Below, in pieces: positions 43,338-53,069 of a stretch of 64,000 bases of DNA; within the stretch, counting starts at the first letter, position 1; every line of letters starts with the position of its first letter. Under the pieces are notes generated by a model. It was given only the letters and a program-made list of their open reading frames with translations. It was not told the DNA's origin and did not search any database. Source of the DNA: an uncultured Gemmatimonadales bacterium (GTDB taxonomy: Bacteria > Gemmatimonadota > Gemmatimonadetes > Gemmatimonadales > GWC2-71-9). The stretch lies in assembly GCA_963728915.1 (NCBI GenBank), contig CAVSLV010000002.1, positions 33,457 through 97,456 of the forward strand. Direction: 5' to 3'. The translations under genes and the position numbers were made by a program.

Positions 43338-44801
43338 TCAGAAGGTATCGCCGGAGCCGCCGCCCGTCACTTCCCGGCCGATCGCGACGGTCTGTTCCAG
43401 GAACAGGTCGAGGTCCGTGGTCACGGTGCGGTGATTGGTGATCGCGACCCGGATTCCGAACCTGCCGTCGAGGCGCGTCGCCGAGGGAACCGCGATCCCG
43501 CGCTCCTGCATCCGCATCAGAATCTCCTCATTGACCGAGTCGAGCGATTCACCAGGCCCCCGGCAATACCGGAGGCAGACGATGTTGAGGGGAACCGGGG
43601 CCAGCAGCTCGACCTCGGCGTGGCGATGGACCAGCCCGGCCAGGTGTTTCGCCTGGGCCACGTTCTGTTCGATCAGCCGGGCGAACTTCGCGATGCCGTG
43701 TTCCTTGAGCAGCATCCAGACCTTCAACCCGCGGAATTCGCGGGAAAGCTCGGGGCTGAGCGACCCGGGATCGTGGTCGATCGGGGCCGCGCCGCGCGGC
43801 AGCCGGGCCAGATAGCTCGCCTGGACCGCGAAGGGACGGCGATGGGCTTCCGGATCGCGGACCAGCACCGCGCCCACATCGTAGGGCATGGAGAGCCACT
43901 TGTGGAGATCGAAGGCGATCGAATCGGCGCGCTCCATGCCGGCGACCAGCGGCTTGAGCTTCTCCGAAAGCGCGGCCAGCGCGCCGAACGCGCCATCGAC
44001 ATGGAGCCACAAGCCCTCCCGCCGGCAGAGATCGGCCAGCGCGGACAGATCATCGATGGCACCGGTGTTCACGGTACCGGCATTCCCCACCACGCAGGCC
44101 GGCTTCCGGCCCGCGGCGCGATCGGCCGCGATGGCCGCCTCGAGCGCGGCAAGGTCGATCCGGAAGTCCGGGGCGACCGGGATCCGGCGCAACCCGTCCC
44201 GGCCCATGCCGAGGAGCCGGATGGCCTTGTCCACCGAGTTGTGGGTCTCGGTCGAGGCGTAGAAGACCGGGGCCTGTGCCGCTCCTCCTAACCCGCGCTC
44301 CGTGATCGAGGGATCGGCCCCGTCGCGCGCCGCGGCGAGCGCCACCAGGTTCGCCACCGACCCGCCGGTCACCAGCACCCCGCTCGACTCGGCCGGGAAC
44401 CCCAGCATGGCCTTGCACCAGGACAGCACCTGCTCCTCGACATATGGGGCGATCTGGTTTCCGCCGCCGGCATTGGTGTTGATTACCGCGGTGGCGAGCT
44501 CGGCCAGCGCTCCGCTGGGCGAGCCGGTGCCATTCACCCAACCCCAGAACCGGGGATGCACGTTTCCCCACGGATAGGGCAGCACCAGCCGATGAAAGTC
44601 GTCCCATACCGCGGCCAGCCCCTCGCCCCTGATGGGCAGATCGGCCCGAAGCGCTTCACGCACTTCGGGAGGAGGCGGCTGCCAGGCCGGCCGGTCTCGC
44701 AGTGTGCTGAGCCAGTCGAGCAGGTCGTCGAGCACCTGGTGTCCGTGGGCCCGGAGTTCGTCCCAGGAGGCCGGGTCCAGGTTCTCTTCGGGTCGGGCCA
44801 T
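43338..44801 (-). CDS. Group II pyridoxal-dependent (aromatic amino acid/glutamate-type) decarboxylase
   Basis: Motifs GGSVANL and HVDGAFG. PLP-lysine motif DLHKWLSMPYDVG. Confidence 0.88.
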   Translation of the reverse strand: MARPEENLDPASWDELRAHGHQVLDDLLDWLSTLRDRPAWQPPPPEVREALRADLPIRGEGLAAVWDDFHRLVLPYPWGNVHPRFWGWVNGTGSPSGALAELATAVINTNAGGGNQIAPYVEEQVLSWCKAMLGFPAESSGVLVTGGSVANLVALAAARDGADPSITERGLGGAAQAPVFYASTETHNSVDKAIRLLGMGRDGLRRIPVAPDFRIDLAALEAAIAADRAAGRKPACVVGNAGTVNTGAIDDLSALADLCRREGLWLHVDGAFGALAALSEKLKPLVAGMERADSIAFDLHKWLSMPYDVGAVLVRDPEAHRRPFAVQASYLARLPRGAAPIDHDPGSLSPELSREFRGLKVWMLLKEHGIAKFARLIEQNVAQAKHLAGLVHRHAEVELLAPVPLNIVCLRYCRGPGESLDSVNEEILMRMQERGIAVPSATRLDGRFGIRVAITNHRTVTTDLDLFLEQTVAIGREVTGGGSGDTF

Positions 44802-44848
44802 GTCCCCTCCTCTTGCGGTCCCCGCGCGGGACGAGGAAGATACCTGCC

Positions 44849-46384
44849 ATGATCCTCCACATTGCGTTGCTCGCGCTCGCCGCCCAGGCGCCGGATACCG
44901 GGTTCCGGGCCCGGATCGATCAATGGCGCGCCACCCGGGAATCCGCGATCGTCGCTGAGCTGACCGAACTGCTCTCGGTGCCCAACCTCGCGTCCGACTC
45001 GGTGAACATTCGCCGGAACGCCGCGCTCATCATGCGGCTGCTTCAGAAACGCGGCGCCAGAGCGCAGCTCCTCGAAGCGCCGGGATCACCCCCGGCGGTG
45101 TACGGCGAGCTGCTGGTTCCCGGGGCCACCCGCACGGTGGTCTTCTACGCCCACTACGACGGTCAGCCGGTCGACCCCGCACGGTGGGTTTCTCCGCCGT
45201 GGCAGGTCACCCTGCGGGACGGGCCGCTTGGCGCCGGGCAACAGTCCAGGGTGCTTTCCCTGCCCGCCGAGGGAGGGCATTTCGATCCTGAGTGGAGACT
45301 CTTTGCCCGCTCGGCGAGCGACGACAAATCGCCCATCATCGCCATGCTCACCGGTCTCGATGCGCTCAAGGACCTCGGCATCCAGCGTTCGGTCAACCTC
45401 AAGTTCTTTTTCGAGGGAGAAGAAGAAGCGGGATCGGGGCACATCCACGACATGCTGAGCCGGCACCGCGATCTTCTCAAGGCGGACCTCTGGCTCTTCT
45501 GCGATGGTCCGGTGCACCAGAGCAGGAGACCGGTCATCGCGTTTGGCGTTCGGGGGGTGATGGGCGTGAATCTCACCATCTACGGGCCGCTCCGGCCCCT
45601 GCACAGCGGCCACTACGGCAACTGGGCGCCCAATCCCAACGTGATGATGGCGCACCTGCTCGCTTCGCTCCGCGACGAAGAGGGCCGGATCCTGATCGAC
45701 CACTTCTATGACGACGTGCGGCCCTTTTCCGAAGCGCAAAAGCGGGCGCTCGCGGCGATGCCCCGGATGGATGATCAGCTGGCGGCGGAGCTCGAGCTGG
45801 GCCGGAGCGAAGGGAATGGGGCGCCGCTGGTCGAGCTGGTCTCCCGCCCGGCGCTCAATGTGAGCGGACTCTCCGGCGGCCAAACCGGCGCCCGCTCGGC
45901 CAACGTCATCGTCCCCGAGTCCAGCGCGTATCTCGACTTCCGGCTGGTGCCGGATCAGAAGCCCGAACGGATTCGCGCGATGCTGGAAGCGCACTTCCAC
46001 AAGCTGGGCTATTACGTGGTGCACGAGGACCCGGACAGCGCCACCCGAAGGGCTCACGCCAGAATCGTGAAAATGACGGGCGACGGCGGTTATCCCGCTA
46101 CCGCCACCGCGCTCGACCTGCCGGTATCACGCGCCGTGGTTCACGCCGCCGAGCAGGCGCTGGGCGAATCGGTGATCGTGGTCCCGCCACTCGGGGGGAG
46201 CCTGCCACTCTCCTCCTTCGAGGAAGTCCTCGGCGCCCCGCTCATCATGACGCCGATGGTCAACCACGACAACAACCAGCATGCGGAGAACGAGAACCTG
46301 CGAATCAGGAACCTGTGGGACGGGATCGTGCTCTACGCGGGGTTGATTGCGAAGATCGGGAACCAGTGGAAGGTGATGCCCTAG
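44849..46384 (+). CDS. M20 family dipeptidase, secreted
   Basis: The ATG at 44849 follows a GAGGAAG Shine-Dalgarno, and a signal peptide is present. Motifs are FYAHYDGQP, ASDDKSP and FFFEGEEEAGS. The track's TTG at 44813 is an alternative start. Confidence 0.85.
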   Translation: MILHIALLALAAQAPDTGFRARIDQWRATRESAIVAELTELLSVPNLASDSVNIRRNAALIMRLLQKRGARAQLLEAPGSPPAVYGELLVPGATRTVVFYAHYDGQPVDPARWVSPPWQVTLRDGPLGAGQQSRVLSLPAEGGHFDPEWRLFARSASDDKSPIIAMLTGLDALKDLGIQRSVNLKFFFEGEEEAGSGHIHDMLSRHRDLLKADLWLFCDGPVHQSRRPVIAFGVRGVMGVNLTIYGPLRPLHSGHYGNWAPNPNVMMAHLLASLRDEEGRILIDHFYDDVRPFSEAQKRALAAMPRMDDQLAAELELGRSEGNGAPLVELVSRPALNVSGLSGGQTGARSANVIVPESSAYLDFRLVPDQKPERIRAMLEAHFHKLGYYVVHEDPDSATRRAHARIVKMTGDGGYPATATALDLPVSRAVVHAAEQALGESVIVVPPLGGSLPLSSFEEVLGAPLIMTPMVNHDNNQHAENENLRIRNLWDGIVLYAGLIAKIGNQWKVMP

Positions 46385-46926
46385 GCGCTGCCTCCCGAGG
46401 GATGGCCGGGCCAGGAGGCGCGGGGAGTCCCTGCGTCCATGCGGTAGAAGCCGAGGTCCCGGGCCGAACGCAGCTTGGCGATGTAGAGAATCTGGCCGGT
46501 ATGCATCGCGAAGTGTTCCACCACGTGGTAGATCGCTTCCATCACCGTGACATCGCGGCCCTGGATCTGGCGGGTTTCGTGGAGCGCGGCCGGGCTGGTG
46601 CCCGCCAGCACCTGATCCACCTCCTGCACCGCGCTGGTGAGGGTCGCGAGCAGCTCCTCGCGTGACGGTCCCTCGCGCGCCACGAACTCGGCGGGCCGGT
46701 CCCGATGATCGGAAGCGCCCCCGACGCCGCTCACGATCCACTGCCGGATGTTGCCGGCCAGGTGGAGGATCAGGTTGCCGATCGCATTGGACGCCGGGTT
46801 AGGCCGCCACCAGAGATCCTCCTCGGCGAGCCCGTCGAGGGCGGCCCGGACTTTGGGCAGATAATGGGCGGTGAAGTACTCCCGCGATTGGGCGAGAAAC
46901 GCGGCTCCGGTTTCCATCCTGGTCAC
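46381..46926 (-). CDS. DinB-family (DUF1572-like) four-helix-bundle protein
   Basis: Motifs NAIGNLILHLAGNIRQWI and HVVEHFAMHTGQILY. Confidence 0.8.
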   Translation of the reverse strand: MTRMETGAAFLAQSREYFTAHYLPKVRAALDGLAEEDLWWRPNPASNAIGNLILHLAGNIRQWIVSGVGGASDHRDRPAEFVAREGPSREELLATLTSAVQEVDQVLAGTSPAALHETRQIQGRDVTVMEAIYHVVEHFAMHTGQILYIAKLRSARDLGFYRMDAGTPRASWPGHPSGGSA

Positions 46927-47618
46927 TCCTTCCCTATGACCGCGTCGAGCAGCAGCGGATAGACCGTGGCGTCAACCCGGTCGTCGGCGAGCGCGGCCGC
47001 GTCGTCCGACCAGTGCCGGTGCACCATCGCCCACCCGAGGGTTTCCACCACGAAATGGGCGACCACCAGCGGCTCGGCCCGTCGCGGAATCGCCTGGTCC
47101 TGCATTCTCCGGCCAAGATAGTCCGCGATCCGCCGGACTCCGCCTCGCCAGAACCGCCGGTAGAAGACCTGGCCGAGATCGGGCCAGTCGGCCGCGGAGC
47201 GCTCGATCAGCTTGATCGCCTTCCGATACCGGCTGAGCCAGCCGCCGAGCTCCTGGAAAATGCCGCTCACTTCCTCGTGGATCGAGTCGGGAGCGGGGGA
47301 ATCAATCGCGACCCAGAGCAGGGGGAAGTGAGCCGCGTTCTGAATCGAGCTCCACGCATGATCGGCGATTGCGCCTCTTGCCGGATTGGGGTGCGGTAGC
47401 GGGATATCCCAGATGGTGGGATCCTCGAGCGAGCGCCGCAGGGCCAGATCGAAGAGAGCTTCCTTGCTTTCGGCGTAGAGATAGATGGTGCCGGGACCGA
47501 CCCTGGCCAGGTGGGCGATGGTGCTGACCCGTGCCTTGGTGAAGCCCTGCTGGATGAAGACATCGGTAGCGGCGTCAGCGATGTCGTCGAGGCGTCTTGG
47601 GGCCTTGCGTCTGGGCAT
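46923..47618 (-). CDS. TetR family transcriptional regulator
   Basis: N-terminal HTH region DAATDVFIQQGFTKARVSTIAHLARVGPGTIYLYAESKEALF. Confidence 0.88.
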   Translation of the reverse strand: MPRRKAPRRLDDIADAATDVFIQQGFTKARVSTIAHLARVGPGTIYLYAESKEALFDLALRRSLEDPTIWDIPLPHPNPARGAIADHAWSSIQNAAHFPLLWVAIDSPAPDSIHEEVSGIFQELGGWLSRYRKAIKLIERSAADWPDLGQVFYRRFWRGGVRRIADYLGRRMQDQAIPRRAEPLVVAHFVVETLGWAMVHRHWSDDAAALADDRVDATVYPLLLDAVIGKE

Positions 47619-47628
47619 TATTAATAAT
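47617..47628. promoter_or_regulatory. Perfect 12-bp AT palindrome ATTATTAATAAT overlapping the TetR start codon (candidate operator)
   Basis: The sequence is exactly self-complementary. It lies in an unusually AT-rich intergenic region (47619-47720). Confidence 0.5.
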
Positions 47629-47785
47629 AGATGGTTCAGTTATTTTGTAAAGCGATGGCCAAGTAATTGTCGCCGGTATCAAAGACACTTCCTGTCATTC
47701 GTCTCCATAGTTAACCTAAGAATGAGCGCGACGGCGCCATCCCGGCGTCGTCGCGCCGTTCGTCCAAGGTCCAGGGAGTTCTTCC

Positions 47786-49375
47786 ATGCAAATCAGGAAG
47801 GTGGCGGTCTGGTCCGCCCTGCTCGCGTTGCCGCTGCTCGGCGGAGCCTTCATTCTGGAAAGTCAGCAGGGGGCCGACGGCGCCCGGCTGTTTACCCAGG
47901 TCCTCCAGCGGATCCAGGAGAATGCGGTCGATTCGCTGAGCCGGAACGCCATCTATGAGAAGGCGGCCCGGGGCCTGGTGAAGAACCTCCAGGATCCCTA
48001 CGCCGACCTGTATTCGCCCGAGGAGCTGGCCTCGTTCCAGCGCAATACCCTCCGGAACGATTACGCCGGCCTCGGCATGTCGATCCGCCAGCAGGACGAC
48101 CAGGTCGTCATCGAACAGGTGTTCCCTAACACGCCGGCCGCGGCCGGCGGGCTGATCCCCGGCGACCACATCATCCTGATCGACAGCACCTCGACCATCG
48201 GCTGGCGCACCCAGCAGGTCTCCGAGCGGCTGATCGGCAAATCGGGAACCTCGGTTGAGCTCACCGTGCGGCGGCCCGGAGTGCCCCAGCCGATCCACGG
48301 GAAATTCGTGCGGGCCAACATCCGGGTGCCAGCGGTCCCCTATACCCTGGTCCTCGAGAACAACGTCGGCTACATCCCGCTTCAGGCCTTCAACAACTCG
48401 GCCTCCGATGACATGGCCCGGGCGCTGACCGACCTCCGCAGCAAGGGCGCCAGGTCCTACGTCATCGACCTGCGGGGCAACGGGGGCGGAGCCCTGGATC
48501 AGGCGCTCGACATCAGCAACCTCTTCCTCAAGACCGGCCAGGAGATCGCGAGCGTGCGGCACCGCGGCCGGCAGCCCGAGATCTACAACGCCAACCGGCC
48601 CGCGCCGCTGGTGGATTCGATGCCGGTGATCGTCCTGGTGGACGGGGCCACCGCCTCGGCCTCCGAGATCGTCGCGGGCTCGCTGCAGGACCACGACCGC
48701 GCCCTGGTGGTCGGCACCACTTCGTACGGCAAGGGCCTGGTCCAGACCCTCTTTCAGCTCGACGGGGGCTGGGCCATCAAGCTCACCACCGGCAAGTGGT
48801 ACACGCCGAGCGGCCGGTCGATCCAGGCCGAGCACGACCGGCTGGAGGACGAGCGATTCGTGGAATACGCCGATTCCGGGAAGGGCGCCGAAGCCCGGGT
48901 GCGGCCCCAGTTCAAGTCCGACGCGGGCCGGGTGATCCTGGGCGGCGGCGGCATCACCCCGGACCTGGTGATGGAGCCGGATACCACCAGCCTTGCCGAG
49001 CGGGAGCTGGGCAAGGCGGTGGCGCCTACCCTGCCGGCCTGGTTCGCCACGATCGCGGGTTATGCGCAGGACATGAAGCCCACCCTGCGGGCCGACTTCC
49101 GGGTGACCCCCGCGATCCGCGACGAGTTCTTCAGCCGGTTGCTCACCGCCAAGGTCAACGTGACCCGGGCGCAGTTCGATGCGGCCCAGACCGCGATCGA
49201 CCGGCTGCTGGAGCTGGAGTTCACCAAATGGGCATTCGGAGATTCCGCCAAGCTGCGGCGAAGCGTCCCGACCGACGAGCAGCTCACCGAAGCGCTGGCC
49301 CTGCTCAAGCGGACCAGCTCCCAGCGTCAGTTGCTCGCGATGGTCGAGGCGGAGGTCAAGCGGAAGCAGCAGTAG
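47786..49375 (+). CDS. S41 carboxy-terminal processing peptidase with PDZ domain
   Basis: A signal peptide and a PDZ domain (GLGMSI...VFPNTPAAAGGLIPGD) are present. Catalytic motifs are DLRGNGGG, GATASASEIVAG and TSYGKG. Confidence 0.9.
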   Translation: MQIRKVAVWSALLALPLLGGAFILESQQGADGARLFTQVLQRIQENAVDSLSRNAIYEKAARGLVKNLQDPYADLYSPEELASFQRNTLRNDYAGLGMSIRQQDDQVVIEQVFPNTPAAAGGLIPGDHIILIDSTSTIGWRTQQVSERLIGKSGTSVELTVRRPGVPQPIHGKFVRANIRVPAVPYTLVLENNVGYIPLQAFNNSASDDMARALTDLRSKGARSYVIDLRGNGGGALDQALDISNLFLKTGQEIASVRHRGRQPEIYNANRPAPLVDSMPVIVLVDGATASASEIVAGSLQDHDRALVVGTTSYGKGLVQTLFQLDGGWAIKLTTGKWYTPSGRSIQAEHDRLEDERFVEYADSGKGAEARVRPQFKSDAGRVILGGGGITPDLVMEPDTTSLAERELGKAVAPTLPAWFATIAGYAQDMKPTLRADFRVTPAIRDEFFSRLLTAKVNVTRAQFDAAQTAIDRLLELEFTKWAFGDSAKLRRSVPTDEQLTEALALLKRTSSQRQLLAMVEAEVKRKQQ

Positions 49376-49390
49376 TGCCCGGGCGGGCGC

Positions 49391-51247
49391 TCAGCTCACC
49401 ACGGTTCCCTTCATGATCCCGTTGCGGATCAGCACAGCCTTGCGGCTGGCCCGGGGATCGAAGTCCAGGGCGCTGTTGATCACCGGCTCGAGCTGGATGG
49501 TCGCGCTGAGGGTGCGCTGTTGGCCGTCCCGGAGGATCACCACCGGAACCGTCGCGCCCGCGGCGCTCCCGTAGCGGATCCGGAACTCGTTGCCCCAGTC
49601 ATTGCCCGAAATTGCCACGTCTCCCACCCGCACCAGGACATCTCCCGCTTCAAGGCCCGCCGCGGCGGCCGAAGAGCCCGGGGTAATCTCCGTCACCACG
49701 ACCCTGGTGCTGTCGCTCAGGGTGCTGACTCCCAGTCGCGGGACCATGACGGTGTCGATCTGATACTCGAGACCGGCCAGCGGCGCGTCGCTCTTCCATG
49801 GGAGCGGCGCCCGGCCGTCCACATAACGCGCCGCGAACTCGGCGAATGATTTGCCGCCGGCCGCCTGGCTTGCCGCGGCCCAGAAGTCTGCGGGGGTGAA
49901 CCCGCGCCCCCGCTTGTAGGTGGTCTGGTAGAGCGATCGCATTACGTCGTCCAGCCCGTGCCGGTTGTTGCTGGCATCCCGGATCTGCATGTCGAGGAGG
50001 AGGCCGACCAGAGAGCCCTTGTCGTAATAGATGTATTCGGTGCCGTCGAGTGGATGGACCCAGGTCGACACCGACGCGTCGTTGAGCGAAATGGCGGGCC
50101 GGTCCGCCACGTTCTGGATCTTGCCTTCGGTCACCGCGAGGAAGGTCGTCGAATCGATGACCCCGCCGCGCACCAGGACCAGGTCGGCGTAATAGTCGGT
50201 GATCCCTTCACTCACCCAGAGGAGCGGGGTGGGCTGGGGCTGGTCGTATCGATAGGGCACCATGTCGGTCGGGCGGAGCCGTTTCACGTTCCAGGCGTGG
50301 ATCATCTCGTGCGCGGTGATCGACGCGAGGATGGGGGTCCCGATGAAATTCGGATTGTAGATCCCGACGTGGGAGTTGCGGTGTTCCAGCGCCGACCCGC
50401 CTCCCATCGCCGAATCGAAGATGATCAGGGTGGAATAGTTGGCGAAGGGCACCTCACCAAAGACCTTGGACATCTCGGGGACGAATTCCCGCATCTGGGT
50501 CCACAGGATCTGGCGACCTGCCCCGGCGAGCTGGCCGGCGGGGTAGCTCGCGAGCCGCTGCCACGCGCCGTCGATCCGGGCGCTGTCCAGGTCAAATCTC
50601 CCGATGAAGAAGGGCGAGTCCACCAGGTCGTGGTAGTTCCCGGCACGGTAGCGGGTGGCCCGGCCGGCGCCGCTGTCCGGCTCGAGACCGGTCACGACCC
50701 GCCACCCCGCCTGGGTTCGCACTTCCACCTGGGAGCGGAAATTCAGGTCGCTCCCCTCGGGATAGAGAAACACATTGGTCCCGTTGACCAGCGCAAAATC
50801 CCGGCGGGACCAGTCCATCGCGTTGTCGAGCGTGTCGGCCAGGACCGTGAAGGACACCTGCACGGTGCCCGCGGCGCCGGGGCTGACCCGCCAGGTGTCG
50901 AAGTCGGTCTTCTCCCAGTCGATCGGGCGGCTCCCCATGGTGACGGAGAAGTCCTCGACCCGCCGGACGAAATTGCTGATCTCGTAGGAGCCCGGGGTCC
51001 ACGCCGGGAGCGACAGGGAAAGCGGGCCCGATCCGGCGACATCGAATCGCATGTCCACCTTGACGGTGCGGGTCATCGCGGTGGACGAATCGAAGGTCAG
51101 CGCGTAGCGGATATTCGCGGGCGCCTGGGTCGCGGCCGGCCTGGGAGGCGCCGTGGGAGCGGCCTGTTGCGCCTCCAACGGATGCACTGCGGGGTGCACC
51201 GCGGCGAGAAAGAAATACAGCAGACCAACCCGTAACGTCATCTTCAT
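49391..51247 (-). CDS. M61 glycyl-aminopeptidase-like metallopeptidase with C-terminal PDZ domain
   Basis: Signal peptide present. Zinc motif HEMIHAW with the downstream WVSEGITDYY. C-terminal PDZ domain ITPGSSAAAAGLEAGDVLVRVGD. Confidence 0.85.
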   Translation of the reverse strand: MKMTLRVGLLYFFLAAVHPAVHPLEAQQAAPTAPPRPAATQAPANIRYALTFDSSTAMTRTVKVDMRFDVAGSGPLSLSLPAWTPGSYEISNFVRRVEDFSVTMGSRPIDWEKTDFDTWRVSPGAAGTVQVSFTVLADTLDNAMDWSRRDFALVNGTNVFLYPEGSDLNFRSQVEVRTQAGWRVVTGLEPDSGAGRATRYRAGNYHDLVDSPFFIGRFDLDSARIDGAWQRLASYPAGQLAGAGRQILWTQMREFVPEMSKVFGEVPFANYSTLIIFDSAMGGGSALEHRNSHVGIYNPNFIGTPILASITAHEMIHAWNVKRLRPTDMVPYRYDQPQPTPLLWVSEGITDYYADLVLVRGGVIDSTTFLAVTEGKIQNVADRPAISLNDASVSTWVHPLDGTEYIYYDKGSLVGLLLDMQIRDASNNRHGLDDVMRSLYQTTYKRGRGFTPADFWAAASQAAGGKSFAEFAARYVDGRAPLPWKSDAPLAGLEYQIDTVMVPRLGVSTLSDSTRVVVTEITPGSSAAAAGLEAGDVLVRVGDVAISGNDWGNEFRIRYGSAAGATVPVVILRDGQQRTLSATIQLEPVINSALDFDPRASRKAVLIRNGIMKGTVVS

Positions 51248-52026
51248 CAGGACACCGCTCGCTTCTGGAACGTTCGCAACCCCAGCATCAGAAAGATTCC
51301 GCTGATCGCGACCAGCGCGATCGCCGCGATCCACAGGGGCATATGCGGCAGGCCGGGCGTCAACACCCCTCGCATGCCCTCGGAGACGTACACCAGCGGA
51401 TTCACCAGCACCGCGATTTGCAGGGGTCGTGCCACGCGGAGCGCCTGCCACGGGTAGTACGCGCACCCGAAGAAAATCATGGGTGCCACGATCAATCCGA
51501 ACATCAATCCGATCTGCTCTCCCTTGATACCCGAGCCGAGCAACAGGCCGAACGAGGAGAACGCGAAGGCGCCGAGCAGCGTCATCACGAAGACCACCGC
51601 AAGGTGGGTCGCGTTGAGCGCTTCGATCGGGCCCATGATCAGCCGCGCCACCGGGAGCACGAACAGCGCGGCGATGAGGCCCTGCACGGTGCCGACGGTC
51701 ACCTTCTCCAGCGCCACCACCCAGATCGGCACCGGGGCCAGCAGGCGATCTTCGATTTCGCGGGTCCAGCCGAAGTCCGCCACCATCGGCAACGCCACCG
51801 CCTGCACACTCGCGAAAGCCAGGCTGATGCCGAGGATGCCGGGAAGCAGGGCGCCGCTGTAACCGCGCTGCACGAACCCCATCCGCGGCAGCAGGTACCC
51901 GAACACGATCACGAACATGATCGGGTTCAGGGTGGACCGGAGCAGGAACGAGGGCAGCTCCCGCGAGATGACGTGGGCATCCCGCCGGACCAGCGCGCCG
52001 AAGACTTTCCAGGGCGATGGACTCAC
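51247..52026 (-). CDS. ABC-2 type transporter permease
   Basis: A 259-aa protein with 6 TM segments, typical of the ABC-2 family. ATGA overlap with the ATPase gene. Its stop shares 1 nt with the M61 start (TGATG). Confidence 0.85.
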   Translation of the reverse strand: MSPSPWKVFGALVRRDAHVISRELPSFLLRSTLNPIMFVIVFGYLLPRMGFVQRGYSGALLPGILGISLAFASVQAVALPMVADFGWTREIEDRLLAPVPIWVVALEKVTVGTVQGLIAALFVLPVARLIMGPIEALNATHLAVVFVMTLLGAFAFSSFGLLLGSGIKGEQIGLMFGLIVAPMIFFGCAYYPWQALRVARPLQIAVLVNPLVYVSEGMRGVLTPGLPHMPLWIAAIALVAISGIFLMLGLRTFQKRAVS

Positions 52027-52970
52027 TCGAGCTTCCTTCCGGTGAGCGAGATGAAGAGGGTTTCCAGGCTCGGCGGGTTAAGCCGGATATCGAGCGGAAC
52101 CAGCCCGGCGATCTCGGCGGCGCGAAGCAGCGCCGGAATCGCCTCGGCCACCCGCTCGGCCTGCCCGTGCAGGGTAGCCTCGCTCACCGTGACGTGGGAC
52201 AGTCCGGGCAGGCTGGTTACGGTCCCCAGGAGGGGAGCGGCGGGGCCGTTGAAGGTGACTTCGATCAGGGTGCCGCCCGGGGCCAGCCGGCGGAGCCCGG
52301 CCGGCGTGTCGAGGGCGAGCAGCTTCCCACGGTCCACGATCGCGAGGCGCTCGCAGAGCCGGTCGGCTTCCTCCATGTAATGGGTCGTCATGACGATGGT
52401 GCGGCCCTGACCGTGGAGGGAGCGCAGAACTTCCCAGAGGCTCAGCCGTGCCTGGGGATCAAGCCCCACGGTCGGCTCATCGAGGAACAGGATCTCCGGC
52501 TCATGAATCAGCGCCCGCGCGATCATGAGGCGCTGTTGCTGGCCGCCGGAAAGCTGGTCCACCTTGCTCTCGGCGCGATCGCCGATGCCCATCTGCTCGA
52601 GGAGCTGGACGGCCCGGGGCAGGGACGCGGCCCGGGCGATGCCGAAGTAGGCAGCGTGAAACAGCAGGTTCTGAATGACGGTGAGCTGGCGGTCCGGGTT
52701 AGGCCGCTGCGGCACCACGCCGATCCGCTGCTTGACCCCGACCGGATTCGCCACCACGTCCACTCCGGCCACCGCGGCGGTTCCGCCGCTGGGTTTGACC
52801 CGGGTGGTCAGGATGCCGATCGTGGTGGTCTTGCCGGCGCCGTTGGGTCCCAGGAGGCCGAAGAACTCGCCGGAGCGGACTTCGAGATCGAGACCGTCCA
52901 GGGCAAGGATTTCGCGGCTGCCACTCTGACCGGTGGGCGCGCCGGGCGGTCCCAGCGGAACGCCGCCCAT
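52023..52970 (-). CDS. ABC transporter ATP-binding protein (DrrA/ABC-2 partner type)
   Basis: Walker A GPNGAGKTT, signature LSGGQQQR, Walker B LFLDEPTVGLD and H-loop TTHYM. The start is uncertain: ATG at 52970 or GTG at 53066. Confidence 0.88.
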   Translation of the reverse strand: MGGVPLGPPGAPTGQSGSREILALDGLDLEVRSGEFFGLLGPNGAGKTTTIGILTTRVKPSGGTAAVAGVDVVANPVGVKQRIGVVPQRPNPDRQLTVIQNLLFHAAYFGIARAASLPRAVQLLEQMGIGDRAESKVDQLSGGQQQRLMIARALIHEPEILFLDEPTVGLDPQARLSLWEVLRSLHGQGRTIVMTTHYMEEADRLCERLAIVDRGKLLALDTPAGLRRLAPGGTLIEVTFNGPAAPLLGTVTSLPGLSHVTVSEATLHGQAERVAEAIPALLRAAEIAGLVPLDIRLNPPSLETLFISLTGRKLE

Positions 52971-53069
52971 CGTCCGAGGCTCGAGCAGTCGGAGCAGGGT
53001 AGACCTTGCGAAGCGCGCGGGTTTCGATTGCGGGGGGCACGGGTGAAAGGTACAACCGCCCCCCACTGG

